DNA of 55,762 bases from an uncultured Akkermansia sp. (GCA_964579225.1 CAZOGV010000001.1:1-55762), one strand, 5' to 3'; shown: positions 30,018-41,203, numbered from the stretch's first letter. The notes: generated from the sequence alone by a model not told the origin. Numbers and translations: made by a program.

Positions 30018-31016
30018 TTACAGAGCGGTGCCGTGCAGCGGCGCCTCGCCGCGCGCTACGCGGGAGATGTTTTCCACCGTCACGCGCGCGATCTCGTGCA
30101 GCGCCTCGTGGGTGAGAAATGCCTGGTGGGAGGTGATCAACACGTTCGCGAACGAAAGCAGCAGGTTGAGCTCGTCGTCCTGCAAAATCTCGCCCGAGTG
30201 ATCCTCGAAAAACAGGCCTTCCTCCTCCTCGTAAACATCGAGCGCCACGCCGCCGAGGTGGCCGGTCTTGAGGTGCTGGATGAGCGCGGTGGTGTCGATG
30301 AGTTTGCCGCGGCTGGTGTTCACAATGTAGGCGCCGGGCTTCATGCGCGCGATGGTGTCAGCGTTGAGCAGATGGTGCGACTCGGGGGTAAGCGGCAGGT
30401 GCAGGGAGACGATGTCGCTGCGCACAAGCAGGTCATCAAAGGGCGCGTATTCGACCCCGTTGGCGGAAGCCCAGGCGGCGTCGGGATAGGGATCGTAGGC
30501 GACGACCTTGCAACCGAAGCCGAGGAAGATTTTCGCGGTGAGCCTGCCGATCTTGCCGGTGCCCACGATGCCCACGGTCTTGCCGAAGAGATCGAAGCCC
30601 ACGAGGCCCTTGAGCGAAAAATTCTGCTCTCGCACCCGCACGTAAGCGCGGTGGATCTTGCGGTTCAGGGTCTGGAGCAGCGCGACGGTGTGCTCGGCGA
30701 CGGCATGCGGCGAGTAGGCGGGCACGCGGGTGACGGCGATGCCGAGTTCGCGGGCGGCGTCGAGGTTGACGTTGTTGAACCCCGCGCAGCGCAACGCGAC
30801 GTGCTTGATCCCGGCGGCGGCGAGCGAGACGAGGCAATCGCGGTCAAGGTTGTCGTTTACGAAGACGCACACCGAGCGCGCGCCCTCCGCGCCGGCGAGC
30901 GTGCCCTGTCCGAGGCGAAACTCATGAAAGCGCCAATCAATGCCGCCGGCTCCGGACGCACGGGCAAAGGATAGTCGGTCGTAGGACTTGGTATCGAAGA
31001 AGGCGACGGGGATCAC
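30018..31016 (-). CDS. ldhA: D-2-hydroxyacid dehydrogenase (D-lactate dehydrogenase-like)
   Basis: VCVFVND, LRCAGFNNV, RVPAYSPHAVAEH, GTGKIG, NTSRG, HQAFLT. GTG start at 31016. Confidence 0.88.
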   Translation of the reverse strand: MIPVAFFDTKSYDRLSFARASGAGGIDWRFHEFRLGQGTLAGAEGARSVCVFVNDNLDRDCLVSLAAAGIKHVALRCAGFNNVNLDAARELGIAVTRVPAYSPHAVAEHTVALLQTLNRKIHRAYVRVREQNFSLKGLVGFDLFGKTVGIVGTGKIGRLTAKIFLGFGCKVVAYDPYPDAAWASANGVEYAPFDDLLVRSDIVSLHLPLTPESHHLLNADTIARMKPGAYIVNTSRGKLIDTTALIQHLKTGHLGGVALDVYEEEEGLFFEDHSGEILQDDELNLLLSFANVLITSHQAFLTHEALHEIARVTVENISRVARGEAPLHGTAL

Positions 31017-31048
31017 GGCCCGAGCGAAGCGGAGGCGAAGGCGCAGGG

Positions 31049-31129
31049 CAAGAAGCGGCGACACTCTTGTCGCCGAAAGCGGCGGGCATACGCCTCAAAC
31101 CTCGGCGACAGGAGTGTCGCCGCTCCTTG
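31049..31129. repeat. GGAG-type REP doublet
   Basis: Inverted pair of the GCGGCGACACTCYTGTCGCCGA family. Confidence 0.9.
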
Positions 31130-31131
31130 GA

Positions 31132-32601
31132 TCAACCCGCCAGCAGCCGCCGCAGGGTCTCGTCCACCAGCTTGGGGTTGGCCTTGCCCTTGGCGGCTTT
31201 CATCACCGGACCCTTGAGGCCGTTGATCGCGCTGTCCTTGCCGCCGCGGAACTCCTCGGCGGCCTTGGCGTTGGCCGCGATGGCGTCGCGGCACCACTGC
31301 TCCAGCTCGCCCGCGTCGGTAGGCGCGGCGGCGAGACCCTTGCGCGCCACGATGGCGGCCGGGGCGTCGCCCGTGGCGAACAGATCGGCGAAAACCTCCT
31401 TGGCGGAATTCTGCAAAAGCGTGCCCGCGTCGATCAGCTTGACCAACTCGGCGAGCGCGGCGGGCGTTACCTTCGTATCCGCCAGGTCGATACCGGCGGC
31501 GGACAACTCGCGCTGAAGGTCGTTGGCGATCCAGTTGCCCACCGGTTGGGCGAGCGCGGGGCCGGCGATTTTCACGGCGGCCTCGAAATACTCGGCAAGC
31601 GCGCGATCCGGCACGAGCACGCTGGCGAGGGTGTAGGGCAACGCGTAGCCGCCGTCGGCGAGCGGGGCCATGAAGCGGCGCTGTTTATCGAAGGGGCGCT
31701 CGGGCAGCTCGGCGGCGAGGCGGGCTTTCCAGTCGGCGTCCACCTTCACCGGCATAAGGTCGGGGTCGGGGAAATAGCGGTAGTCGTGCGCCATTTCCTT
31801 GGAGCGGAGCGACTGGCTGGTGCCGGTGAGGCCGTCGTAGTCGCGCGTCTCCTGCACGATGACACCGCCGGCCTTCACGACCGCGATCTGGCGGGCGATC
31901 TCGTGGGCGATACCGTCGCGCACGAAGGCGATGGAGTTCAAATTCTTCAGTTCCACCTTGGTGCCGAGTTCGGTCTGGCCGACGGGGCGGATAGAGATGT
32001 TGGCGTCGCAGCGCAGCTGGCCCTTCTCCATGTCGCAGTCGGAGATGCCGGCGTAAACGATGCTGGTGCGCAGCGACTGGAGGTAGGCGTAGGCCTCGTC
32101 GGCCGAGCGTATCGCCGGATCAGATACAATCTCCATGAGCGGGGTGCCCGCGCGATTATAGTCGATGAGCGAGCCGCCGACCCCGTGGTTGAGCTTGCCC
32201 ACGTCTTCTTCGAGATGGATGCGGGTAAGCGGGATGGATTTGTGTTCGCCCAAGATGTTGCGCGCCGGGCCGGGCAGCTCGATCTCGACCGAGCCGCCGA
32301 TGCAGATGGGCTGGTCGTATTGGGAGATTTGGTAGTTCTTGGGTGAGTCCGGGTAGAAGTAGTTTTTGCGGTCCCATTTGCAGACCGGCGCGATCTCGCA
32401 GCCGAGCATGAGGCCGGCCTTGATGATGGCATCGACGGCGGCGCGATTCATCACCGGCAGCGCGCCGGGCAGCGCGAGCACGGTGGGATCGGTGAGCGTG
32501 TTCTCGGGCGCGCCGTAACCGGCGGCGACGCGCGTGAACATTTTGGAACGGGTCTTGATCTGGACGTGGACTTCAAGACCGATGACGGCTTCGTAGGTCA
32601 T
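31132..32601 (-). CDS. gatB: Asp/Glu-tRNA amidotransferase subunit B
   Basis: IGLEVHVQ, DRKNYFYPD, HLEEDVGK, LRCDANIS, DYRYFPDPDL. Confidence 0.98.
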   Translation of the reverse strand: MTYEAVIGLEVHVQIKTRSKMFTRVAAGYGAPENTLTDPTVLALPGALPVMNRAAVDAIIKAGLMLGCEIAPVCKWDRKNYFYPDSPKNYQISQYDQPICIGGSVEIELPGPARNILGEHKSIPLTRIHLEEDVGKLNHGVGGSLIDYNRAGTPLMEIVSDPAIRSADEAYAYLQSLRTSIVYAGISDCDMEKGQLRCDANISIRPVGQTELGTKVELKNLNSIAFVRDGIAHEIARQIAVVKAGGVIVQETRDYDGLTGTSQSLRSKEMAHDYRYFPDPDLMPVKVDADWKARLAAELPERPFDKQRRFMAPLADGGYALPYTLASVLVPDRALAEYFEAAVKIAGPALAQPVGNWIANDLQRELSAAGIDLADTKVTPAALAELVKLIDAGTLLQNSAKEVFADLFATGDAPAAIVARKGLAAAPTDAGELEQWCRDAIAANAKAAEEFRGGKDSAINGLKGPVMKAAKGKANPKLVDETLRRLLAG

Positions 32602-32607
32602 TTTTGG

Positions 32608-32709
32608 AAAGTAGCGGGTAGTGAGTAGTGGGTAGCGAGTAGGAAGCAGAGGTGGAGGAGTGTTTGGCCTTGGAATGCTCGCTACTCACTACCCGCTGCT
32701 CGCTACTTT
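32608..32709. repeat. inverted heptamer arrays (GTAGYGR)n...(YCRCTAC)n, empty element
   Basis: Left arm 32608-32642 and right arm 32676-32709 fill the gatA-gatB gap. Confidence 0.9.
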
Positions 32710-32710
32710 T

Positions 32711-34183
32711 TCAGAGATTTGGCGTTCGTTTGCCCAGCGCATGCACCGAGTCATACGTATGCGCCGCCGCCAACAGATCCGCCTCGGCGAAGGGCCGACC
32801 GATCAACTGCAAGCCGATCGGCAAACCGCTCGCCGTAAAACCGCACGGCACGCTGATCGCGGGCAGACCGGCGAGGTTCACGCCAATCGTATAAATGTCC
32901 GCCAGATACATGGAGAGCGGGTCCTCACTCTTCTCGCCGCGCTTGAAGGCCGGGGTCGGCGCGGTGGGAGTGAGGATGACATCCACTTCCTCGTAAGCCT
33001 TGATGAAATCCTCACGGATCAAGGTGCGGACCTTCTGCGCGCGACCGTAGTAGGCATCGTAGTAACCCGAGCTCAACACGTAGGTGCCGAGGATGATGCG
33101 GCGCTTCACTTCGCTGCCAAAACCCTCGGCGCGCGATTTGAAATACAGGTCAAGCAGCGTATCCGCCTCCGCACTACGGTGACCGTAGCGCACGCCGTCG
33201 TAGCGGGCGAGGTTCGAGGACGCCTCGGCGGTGGCGATGATGTAGTAGGCGGCGAGCGCATACTCGGTGTGCGGCAGCGACACCTCGCGGATCTCGGCGC
33301 CGAGCGATTTGTAATGCGCAATGGCGGCCTGCACCGCCGCAGCGACTTCGGGGTCGAGGCCTTCGCCAAAATATTCCTTGGGAATGCCGATGCGCCACGG
33401 ACGCTCGCGCGGCGCGTTAAGGGCGGCGCGGTAGTCGGGGATCGTGGCCTTGAACGAGGTGCTGTCGCGCTCATCGTGCCCAGCGATGGCCTGGAGCAAC
33501 ATCGCGCAATCCTCGACCGTGCGACCGAAGGGACCGATCTGGTCGAGCGAGGACGCGTAGGCGATGAGGCCATAGCGTGAGATCAGGCCGTAGGTGGGCT
33601 TGAGGCCGACCACGCCGCAGAGCGCGGCGGGCTGGCGGATGGAGCCGCCGGTGTCGCTGCCGAGCGTGGCCGGGGCCTCACCGGCCGCGAGAGCGGCGGC
33701 GCTACCGCCCGAGGAGCCGCCGGGGATACGCGTGAGATCGTAGGGATTGGCGGTTTTTTTCGTGGCGGAGTTTTCGGTGGAGGAACCCATCGCGAACTCG
33801 TCCATGTTGAGCCGGCCCCAGAGCACGACGCCGGCGGCGCGGAGCTTGGCGGTGACGGTGGCGTCGTAGGGCGACACGAAGTTGGCCAACATCTTCGACG
33901 ACGCGGTAAGCGGCTGATCCTTCACCGCGATGACGTCCTTCATGCCGACAGGAATGCCGTCGAGCGGGCCGAGCGCCTGACCAGCGGCGCGACGGGCGTC
34001 GGAGGCGGCGGCCTGCTTCAACGCGTCGGCGGTGTCGAAGGAGTTGAACGCCTGCACGCGATCTTCGACCGCGAGGGTGCGGGCGATGACGGCCTCGGTG
34101 AGCGCGACGGAAGTGAGCGAACCGGCCGCGAGGGCGGCGGAGAGTTCGGCGACGGTTTGGTGATGGAGCGGCGTGGCGGACAC
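32711..34183 (-). CDS. gatA: Asp/Glu-tRNA amidotransferase subunit A
   Basis: Amidase signature [32 protein letters not shown]. Confidence 0.98.
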   Translation of the reverse strand: MSATPLHHQTVAELSAALAAGSLTSVALTEAVIARTLAVEDRVQAFNSFDTADALKQAAASDARRAAGQALGPLDGIPVGMKDVIAVKDQPLTASSKMLANFVSPYDATVTAKLRAAGVVLWGRLNMDEFAMGSSTENSATKKTANPYDLTRIPGGSSGGSAAALAAGEAPATLGSDTGGSIRQPAALCGVVGLKPTYGLISRYGLIAYASSLDQIGPFGRTVEDCAMLLQAIAGHDERDSTSFKATIPDYRAALNAPRERPWRIGIPKEYFGEGLDPEVAAAVQAAIAHYKSLGAEIREVSLPHTEYALAAYYIIATAEASSNLARYDGVRYGHRSAEADTLLDLYFKSRAEGFGSEVKRRIILGTYVLSSGYYDAYYGRAQKVRTLIREDFIKAYEEVDVILTPTAPTPAFKRGEKSEDPLSMYLADIYTIGVNLAGLPAISVPCGFTASGLPIGLQLIGRPFAEADLLAAAHTYDSVHALGKRTPNL

Positions 34184-34237
34184 GGGGAAGAAGGAGGAAG
34201 AAAAAATGTTTATGAGGACCTCAAGCGGGAGGGGATT

Positions 34238-34918
34238 TCAGACGGTGGCCGGGCCCACCGCACCTATCGTAACCGGCGGCCCGTAGAAACGCGGTTCGCG
34301 GCCCAGCAGCTTCACGTCGAGCACCGCGCGCACCCGGGCCAGCGACTCGCGCACATGGGTGCGAAACCCGGAACGAAATCCCACGTCCCGCGCCGCGTAA
34401 CCCACCGCCGACATGCCGTGGGCTCGCGCGATGAACACCGCCCGCATCGCATGGTCGCGCTGGCTTACGATGCACAGCTCGCTTTGCCCAAATACGTGCC
34501 TCGCCCGCACCACGGAATCCAGGGTGCTAAAGCCCGCGTAATCGATCGCGATGCGGTCCGTCGGCACGCCGCGCGCCACCAGCGCGTCGCGCATCGCGGT
34601 CGGCTCGTCGTAGCCCGCGCGGTGGTTGTCGCCGCTCACCAGCAGATAATCGACCCGGCCCGCCTTGAACAAATCCGCCGCCGCCGCGATGCGGTGCTGG
34701 AAAAAGAGATTCGCCCGACCATCGGCCAGCGTAGGCACGCAACCCAACACCAACGCCACGCGGTGCTGCGGCACCTCGGCCGCGTTCGCGTGCACATGGG
34801 GCGCGTTGCGCTCGATCAGCACCCGCGCGCCCAGGATCAGCCCCGCCGCGCCCAGCACACCCGCGCAGGCGACCAACACCCAGCGACGACGAAAAAACGA
34901 GCGAAGGCGGAAACGCAT
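34238..34918 (-). CDS. SanA/YdcF (DUF218) family protein
   Basis: [43 protein letters not shown]. Confidence 0.9.
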   Translation of the reverse strand: MRFRLRSFFRRRWVLVACAGVLGAAGLILGARVLIERNAPHVHANAAEVPQHRVALVLGCVPTLADGRANLFFQHRIAAAADLFKAGRVDYLLVSGDNHRAGYDEPTAMRDALVARGVPTDRIAIDYAGFSTLDSVVRARHVFGQSELCIVSQRDHAMRAVFIARAHGMSAVGYAARDVGFRSGFRTHVRESLARVRAVLDVKLLGREPRFYGPPVTIGAVGPATV

Positions 34919-34921
34919 CGC

Positions 34922-35128
34922 TCAGCTCTCGTCCTTGAGTTGCCGGCCATACATGAACACCGCCAGCGCGATGATCGCGTTAAACCCGGCGACCACGCCG
35001 CGCACCGCGACGTGCATCTCCATCGGCGCAAACCAAAACAACACGCCGCAACCGAGGAAAACGGCGGAGGCAAGGTAACACAGAAAACGCGAAAAACCGG
35101 AGCCGGGCTTGTTTTCGGGAGTAGACAT
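34922..35128 (-). CDS. small two-TM membrane protein
   Basis: Fills the gatC-sanA gap in operon orientation. Two hydrophobic segments. Confidence 0.6.
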   Translation of the reverse strand: MSTPENKPGSGFSRFLCYLASAVFLGCGVLFWFAPMEMHVAVRGVVAGFNAIIALAVFMYGRQLKDES

Positions 35129-35149
35129 GGCGGGAAAAAGACGGGCGAA

Positions 35150-35443
35150 TTATTCCACCACGCGAGGCACCACGACCATGTTGTCGCGCTGTTGCGGGGC
35201 GTTGCGCAAGGCGTCCTCGGCGGTGAACAGGGCCGGATCGCGCGGTTCATCGGCCTGGAGCACGTTGAAAATCGGCGTGGCATGGGCGGTCGGCTCCACG
35301 CCGTCCACGTTCACTTCCTTCAACTTCTCGATGTAACCGACGATGTCGTCGAGCTGGGCGGAAAACGTCGCCTTTTCCTCGGGCGTGAGCGCGAGGCGGG
35401 AAAGCGTGGCGAGGCGGTCGATGTCGATGTGGGAAGCGGACAT
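35150..35443 (-). CDS. gatC: Asp/Glu-tRNA amidotransferase subunit C
   Basis: [29 protein letters not shown]...VPRVVE. Confidence 0.95.
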   Translation of the reverse strand: MSASHIDIDRLATLSRLALTPEEKATFSAQLDDIVGYIEKLKEVNVDGVEPTAHATPIFNVLQADEPRDPALFTAEDALRNAPQQRDNMVVVPRVVE

Positions 35444-35557
35444 GGGCGAAAGAATACGATAAAACCAGCGAGTGCGCCCCTCTCACAAGGCTTGAAAACG
35501 AGGTTTGCGCGCAAAAGCGGCTGGGCACGGGTCGATCCATTCACCCATTGTCGCGCG

Positions 35558-35917
35558 ATGTTCGAAATCACCGGCACCATCAAAAAAATCTTCGACGAGC
35601 AGACCTTCGGCAGCGGCTTCAACAAGCGCGAGTTCGTGCTCACCATCGAGTCGGGGAAATTTCCCCAGGACATCAAGTTCGAGTGCGTGAAGGACAAGGT
35701 CGCGCTCGTCGCCGACCTGAAGCCCGACGCCAAGGTGAAGGTGTCCTTCGATCTTCGCGGCCGCGAATGGAAGGAAAGCTACTTCGTGAACCTCAACGCC
35801 TGGAAAATCGAGACGCTAGACGACGCGTCGGGCGCCGGCGCCCCGCCCCCCGACGACGACGGCGCCCCCCTGCCCGAGGAGCCCGGCCAATCGGTGGACG
35901 AAGACGTGCCGTTCTGA
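35558..35917 (+). CDS. DUF3127 protein (SSB-like OB fold, acidic tail)
   Basis: [32 protein letters not shown]-terminal DEDVPF. Confidence 0.88.
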   Translation: MFEITGTIKKIFDEQTFGSGFNKREFVLTIESGKFPQDIKFECVKDKVALVADLKPDAKVKVSFDLRGREWKESYFVNLNAWKIETLDDASGAGAPPPDDDGAPLPEEPGQSVDEDVPF

Positions 35918-35918
35918 A

Positions 35919-35984
35919 AAGTAGCGCAGGCGTCCCGCCTGCATCACGTTTCGTTTCGGAGCAGGCGGGACGCCTGCGCTACTT
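35919..35984. repeat. GTAG-type REP doublet overlapping the pheT stop codon
   Basis: Perfect 24-bp inverted repeat AAGTAGCGCAGGCGTCCCGCCTGC. Confidence 0.92.
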
Positions 35985-38441
35985 CCGGATCACATATCCG
36001 GCCGTCACGAGGTCGGTCTGCACTTTCGTGAAAACCGTGTTCACCTCGTCGTCGGTCAGCGTGCGGTCGGCGGCGCGGAAGGTCAGCGCATAGGCCAGAC
36101 TCTTCTGGCCCTCGGGCACGCCCTTGCCGGTGTAAACGTCGAAGATCTCCACGCCTTCCAGCGCGAACGCGTTGCCCACCGCCGCGCGCGCATGCTTGGC
36201 GATGGCTTTCTGCACCTCGGCGGCCGGAGTCGTCTCCGGCACCACCACGGCAAGGTCGCGCAGCGCGGCGGGTTGCAGGCCGAAGGGCTTGAACCCGCGA
36301 CGGTCCGCGTCGGCTGTTACCTTCTCCGACACGATGGCGAAGAAGCCCGCGTAAACTTTTCCGGTGAGGCCGAGCGCATTCAGGTGCGCGAGATCGACGA
36401 GGCCGAAGGTCGCGGTCCAGCCGTGCTGGATGTTGCCCGCGACCGCCGCATGGCCCGCCTGCCAACCGGGCGAGGACTCGCCCACCAGCGCGGTGGGCTG
36501 GCGGCCGAGCTCGATACCCGCCGCCGCCGCGATGATCGCGGTCTGCGCCTTCGCGGTGTAGAAATCCGCCGCCTCGCGCGCGCGCCAGCTGCGCTCGCCC
36601 GTCTCCTCCGCGATCACGAAGGCAGCCGCCACGCACTCGGAGAGCTGGCCGTTTCGCTCAAGGAAAACGCGACCGGTCTCGAAGAGACGCGAGGCCGCCA
36701 CGCCGCGCGCCTGGTTGAGCGCGAGCGAATCGAGCAGCCCGCCGACGAGCGACGAGCGCAGGTGCGACTGGTCCTCGACGAAGGGATTGGCCAGCGCGAG
36801 CGCTCCCACCTGCGCGGGCGCGCTCCAGGCCGCGACCTCCTTGGCCGGACGCAGCGTGTAGTTGACGCACTCGTTGAACCCCTGCCCCACCAACGCGGCG
36901 GCGACGTGGCGGTTGAACAACACGATCGGGTCGTCGTTGCCCACCAGACCGGGCGACTGGATGACGGAGGACGGAATCTTCTCGGTGCCGAAGAGGCGCA
37001 CGACCTCCTCGACGAGGTCAATGGGGCGCTCGAGGTCGTCGCGCCAGCTCGGGATGGAGAAGGTCCAGGCCGGGCCCCGCGTCTCGGTGGGGATTTCCTC
37101 GGTGACGACGAGTTCGAGGCGCTCCAGCGAGGCACGCATCTCGTCGGCGGGGATTTCGAAGCCGAGCTTCTCGTTGATGTAGCCGGGCGTGACCGTGATC
37201 TCGCGTTCCCACGGGATGTCGGCGCCGACCACGTGTATCGGCCCGGCCACTACACCGCCGGCATGGGCGAGAATGAGATCGATGAAGCGATGCGCGGCCT
37301 CCTCCAGCGAGTGCGCATCCACGCCGCGCTCGTAGCGGTAGGAGGAGTCGGAGGAGAGACCGAGGCGCTTTCCGGTCGAGCGCACCGACTGGCGTTTGAA
37401 GTAGGCGACCTCGAGCACGAGATCGGTCGTGGCGGCGGAGACGCCGGAGTCGGCCGAGCCCATGATGCCGGCGATCACGACCGGCTTCTGCGCGTCGGCG
37501 ATCACGAGCATGTGCTGGTCGAGCGCGCGCTCCTTGTTGTCGAGCGTGACGATCTTTTCGCCCGCGACCGCGTGACGCACCACGATCTCGGCCCCGGCGA
37601 GTTTCTTGGCGTCGAAGGCATGCACGGGCTGGCCGTATTCGAGCATCACGTAGTTGCCGATATCGACCACGTTGTTGATCGGGCGCAGGCCCACGGCGGC
37701 GAGGCGGCGCTGGATGAAATCGGGCGACGGGCCGACCTTCACGCCGGTGACGACGGTGGCGGTGTAGAGCGGGCAATCTTTCTCCGCCTCGACGCGCACG
37801 GACTTGAGCAAATCGACGCGCGGATCGGCGGAGATCTTGGCGGGGGTGAACGAGACTTCGGGATAGCGCAGGTCTTTTTTGAACCAGGCGGCGAGTTCGC
37901 GCGCGACGCCGAGGTGCGAGAGCGCGTCGGGGCGGTTGGGCGTGATCTCGATGTCGAACACGACGTCGCCGGCCGGCAGCACGTCGTTGATCGGCGTGCC
38001 GACCGCCGGTTCGCCGGAGAGGAGGAGGAGGCCCTGCGCGTCCTCGGCGATGGTGAGTTCCTTGGCGGAGCACATCATGCCGGAGGAGGGCTGGCCGCGG
38101 ACCTTGGCCTCCTTGATGACGAAGTCGCCGGGCAGCACCGCGCCGGGGATGGCGACCGGCACGCGGTTGCCGGCGTCGCAGTTGGGCGCGCCGCACACGA
38201 TGGTGCGCACGCCGCCATGGGCCTCGCCGACATCGACGGTGCAGACGGAGAGCTTGTCGGCGTTGGGGTGTTTGTCGCGGGTGAGGATGTGGCCGACGAC
38301 GACGTTGTTGAAGGCGGACGCGCCGGTGCGGATGACTTGCTCGACCTCGAAGCCGAGGAAGGTGATGGCGCGGGAGATGTCGTCGTCGGAGATACCGGCG
38401 AGATCAACGTAGTCTTGGAGCCAGGAGCGGGAGAGTTTCAT
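35979..38441 (-). CDS. pheT: phenylalanyl-tRNA synthetase beta subunit
   Basis: HPNADKL, IVCGAPN, ITPNRPD, PINNVVD, RYERGVD, FDVYTG...KSLAY. Confidence 0.98.
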   Translation of the reverse strand: MKLSRSWLQDYVDLAGISDDDISRAITFLGFEVEQVIRTGASAFNNVVVGHILTRDKHPNADKLSVCTVDVGEAHGGVRTIVCGAPNCDAGNRVPVAIPGAVLPGDFVIKEAKVRGQPSSGMMCSAKELTIAEDAQGLLLLSGEPAVGTPINDVLPAGDVVFDIEITPNRPDALSHLGVARELAAWFKKDLRYPEVSFTPAKISADPRVDLLKSVRVEAEKDCPLYTATVVTGVKVGPSPDFIQRRLAAVGLRPINNVVDIGNYVMLEYGQPVHAFDAKKLAGAEIVVRHAVAGEKIVTLDNKERALDQHMLVIADAQKPVVIAGIMGSADSGVSAATTDLVLEVAYFKRQSVRSTGKRLGLSSDSSYRYERGVDAHSLEEAAHRFIDLILAHAGGVVAGPIHVVGADIPWEREITVTPGYINEKLGFEIPADEMRASLERLELVVTEEIPTETRGPAWTFSIPSWRDDLERPIDLVEEVVRLFGTEKIPSSVIQSPGLVGNDDPIVLFNRHVAAALVGQGFNECVNYTLRPAKEVAAWSAPAQVGALALANPFVEDQSHLRSSLVGGLLDSLALNQARGVAASRLFETGRVFLERNGQLSECVAAAFVIAEETGERSWRAREAADFYTAKAQTAIIAAAAGIELGRQPTALVGESSPGWQAGHAAVAGNIQHGWTATFGLVDLAHLNALGLTGKVYAGFFAIVSEKVTADADRRGFKPFGLQPAALRDLAVVVPETTPAAEVQKAIAKHARAAVGNAFALEGVEIFDVYTGKGVPEGQKSLAYALTFRAADRTLTDDEVNTVFTKVQTDLVTAGYVIRK

Positions 38442-38447
38442 TCGAAA

Positions 38448-38992
38448 AAAGTAGCGAGGAGTGAGTAGCGGGTAGCGAGTAGGTGAGAAGACGGCGCGGT
38501 CGTGGCTTAGACGGAACGCTCGATGCCGTTGATGTAAGCTTGGAGCAGGCGGGCGACCTCCTCGAGATCGGCCTGGAGGGCAAGCGTGTCGGCGTAGCCG
38601 AGATCGTGGGCGAGGATCAGGTGGTAAACGCATTCATCGGCGGACGCCTGGCCGATGTTGTAGTAGCGAATCTTGTCGGCCTTGGAGCGCTTGCGGAAGC
38701 CCTCCACAATGTTGGAAGGCGCACTGGCGGCGGCTCGGCGGAGTTGCGACGTCAGGCCGTAAAGCTCCTCGCGCGGGAACGACTTCGAAAGCTTGTAAAC
38801 GGCGAGGGTAAAGGCGTGCGCCTTTTGCCAGACAAGGAGGTCGCGGAAGGATTGGGACTTAGCACGGGCCATGGTCGGATTGGGTTTAAAATGGATTGGA
38901 TGTTTAGGTTCGAGATGCTCGCTGCTCGCTACTCGCTACCGGCTACTTCAGGTGCCAAATGCTCGCTACTCGCTACTCGCTACTCGCTACTT
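38448..38992. mobile_element. putative element: inverted heptamer arms enclosing a four-helix-bundle gene
   Basis: Left arm 38448-38482. Two right arms at 38916-38948 and 38960-38992. Same architecture as 32608-32709. Confidence 0.6.
38507..38872 (-). CDS. four helix bundle protein (23S rRNA IVS protein / bAvd-like family)
   Basis: F.DL.VWQKAH, FP.EE.YGLTSQLRRAA.S..SNI.EG, I..AS..E..Y.LILA.DLGY. Confidence 0.95.
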   Translation of the reverse strand: MARAKSQSFRDLLVWQKAHAFTLAVYKLSKSFPREELYGLTSQLRRAAASAPSNIVEGFRKRSKADKIRYYNIGQASADECVYHLILAHDLGYADTLALQADLEEVARLLQAYINGIERSV

Positions 38993-39005
38993 CAAGTCAG
39001 TTTGC

Positions 39006-40049
<1,044 letters not shown>

Positions 40050-40113
40050 GAGAAAGCGGGGAGCGAGGAGCAGAGGGCGGGGAGCCGGAAGAAGAAAAGC
40101 GCGAACGTCGGGC

Positions 40114-40152
40114 AAAAAAAGAGGACGGTGCCTTGTAAAAAGGCCCGTCCTC
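40114..40152 (-). terminator. terminator between rplT and pheS
   Basis: GAGGACGG..CCTT-loop-AAGG..CCGTCCTC plus T7 on the minus strand. Confidence 0.75.
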
Positions 40153-40204
40153 CGGGGACTGAAGTGGAGGCGAGCCGTTCGGGGCTCGCGTTCGAAGTGG
40201 CTTT

Positions 40205-40585
40205 TTAGGCGGCCTTGGCGGCGACCTTGGCCTTCAACGCTTCCTGGGCCTTGGTGACTAGGCCGGTGAAGGCGACCTCATCGCGAATGGCGATGTCCGA
40301 CATGACCTTGCGGTCGAGCTGGATGTTGGCGGCCTTGAGACCTTCGATGAGGCGGCTGTAGCTGATGCCATTGGCACGAGCGGCGGCGTTCAAACGAACG
40401 ATCCAGATGGAGCGGAAATCGCTCTTCTTCTTGCGGCGGGCCTTGAAGGCGTGGAGCCAAGCGTGGTGAACGGCGTCTTTCGCGTAGCGATAGAGCTTGG
40501 ACTTATTGCCAAAGTAACCCTTGGCGTATTTAAGGACCTTCTTCCGGCGACGGCGGGAAGCGGCTGCATTTGTGGCACGAGGCAT
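40205..40585 (-). CDS. rplT: 50S ribosomal protein L20
   Basis: AKGYFG, RRKKKSDFRSIWIVRLNAA, LDRKVMSDIA. Confidence 0.98.
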   Translation of the reverse strand: MPRATNAAASRRRRKKVLKYAKGYFGNKSKLYRYAKDAVHHAWLHAFKARRKKKSDFRSIWIVRLNAAARANGISYSRLIEGLKAANIQLDRKVMSDIAIRDEVAFTGLVTKAQEALKAKVAAKAA

Positions 40586-40677
40586 GTTGGATTATTTTTC
40601 TATTTTTGGGCCGGCGGGTCGTCTCGTTAGGATCACCCGCCTGGCAGTTTTCGGTTTATGTGCGGCTCTGTGTTTGA

Positions 40678-40872
40678 TTACAGGCCGAACGGGAGACAGC
40701 GCTTGAGCGGCTTGGCATGGCCTTCGGCGACTTGCTTGTCCTGGGAGGCACGGCGCTTGGCCTTGGTGCTCTTCGAAGCAAGCAGGTGACGGAAGCCAGG
40801 CGTGCGACGCATGAGCTTACCTTTGGCGGAGAGCTTGAAGCGCTTGGCGACGGACTTTTTGGTCTTTTGCAT
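40678..40872 (-). CDS. rpmI: 50S ribosomal protein L35
   Basis: KTKKSVAKRFK...GK, RHLL..KS.K.KR. Confidence 0.96.
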   Translation of the reverse strand: MQKTKKSVAKRFKLSAKGKLMRRTPGFRHLLASKSTKAKRRASQDKQVAEGHAKPLKRCLPFGL

Positions 40873-41128
40873 TGGAGGGAGGTAAGAAGGCAGAGAGTCA
40901 AAACAGGCGACGCAAGGGCAAATTCAGCGGATGGCGGGTTTTTGAGAGAACCCACCTGAGGGAGGTCCTAAACTCTCCGGCGGGGACGGTGCCCCGCCCT
41001 CCAAGGCAAGCTTCGCACCTGGAGGGCGGACCTCCGTGTCCGCCTGATCGTGCGTTCGCCGTCCGATTTTTTAGGAAAACGACGTTGACAGAGCCGCGCT
41101 CAGCCGGAGTGTCCTCCTTCCCGTTTTT

Positions 41129-41203
<75 letters not shown>

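Noticed and set aside
34157-35917. 586-aa ORF
   Set aside because: Only the last 119 codons (from ATG 35558) are a real DUF3127 gene. The rest is antisense to gatC and the sanA-like gene.
38507-38872. Diversity-generating retroelement (bAvd homolog)
   Set aside because: No reverse transcriptase and no TR/VR pair with adenine-specific mismatches seen in the window.
40114-40204. pheM-type attenuator before pheS
   Set aside because: A terminator is present, but there is no start codon or Phe-rich leader peptide between rplT and it.
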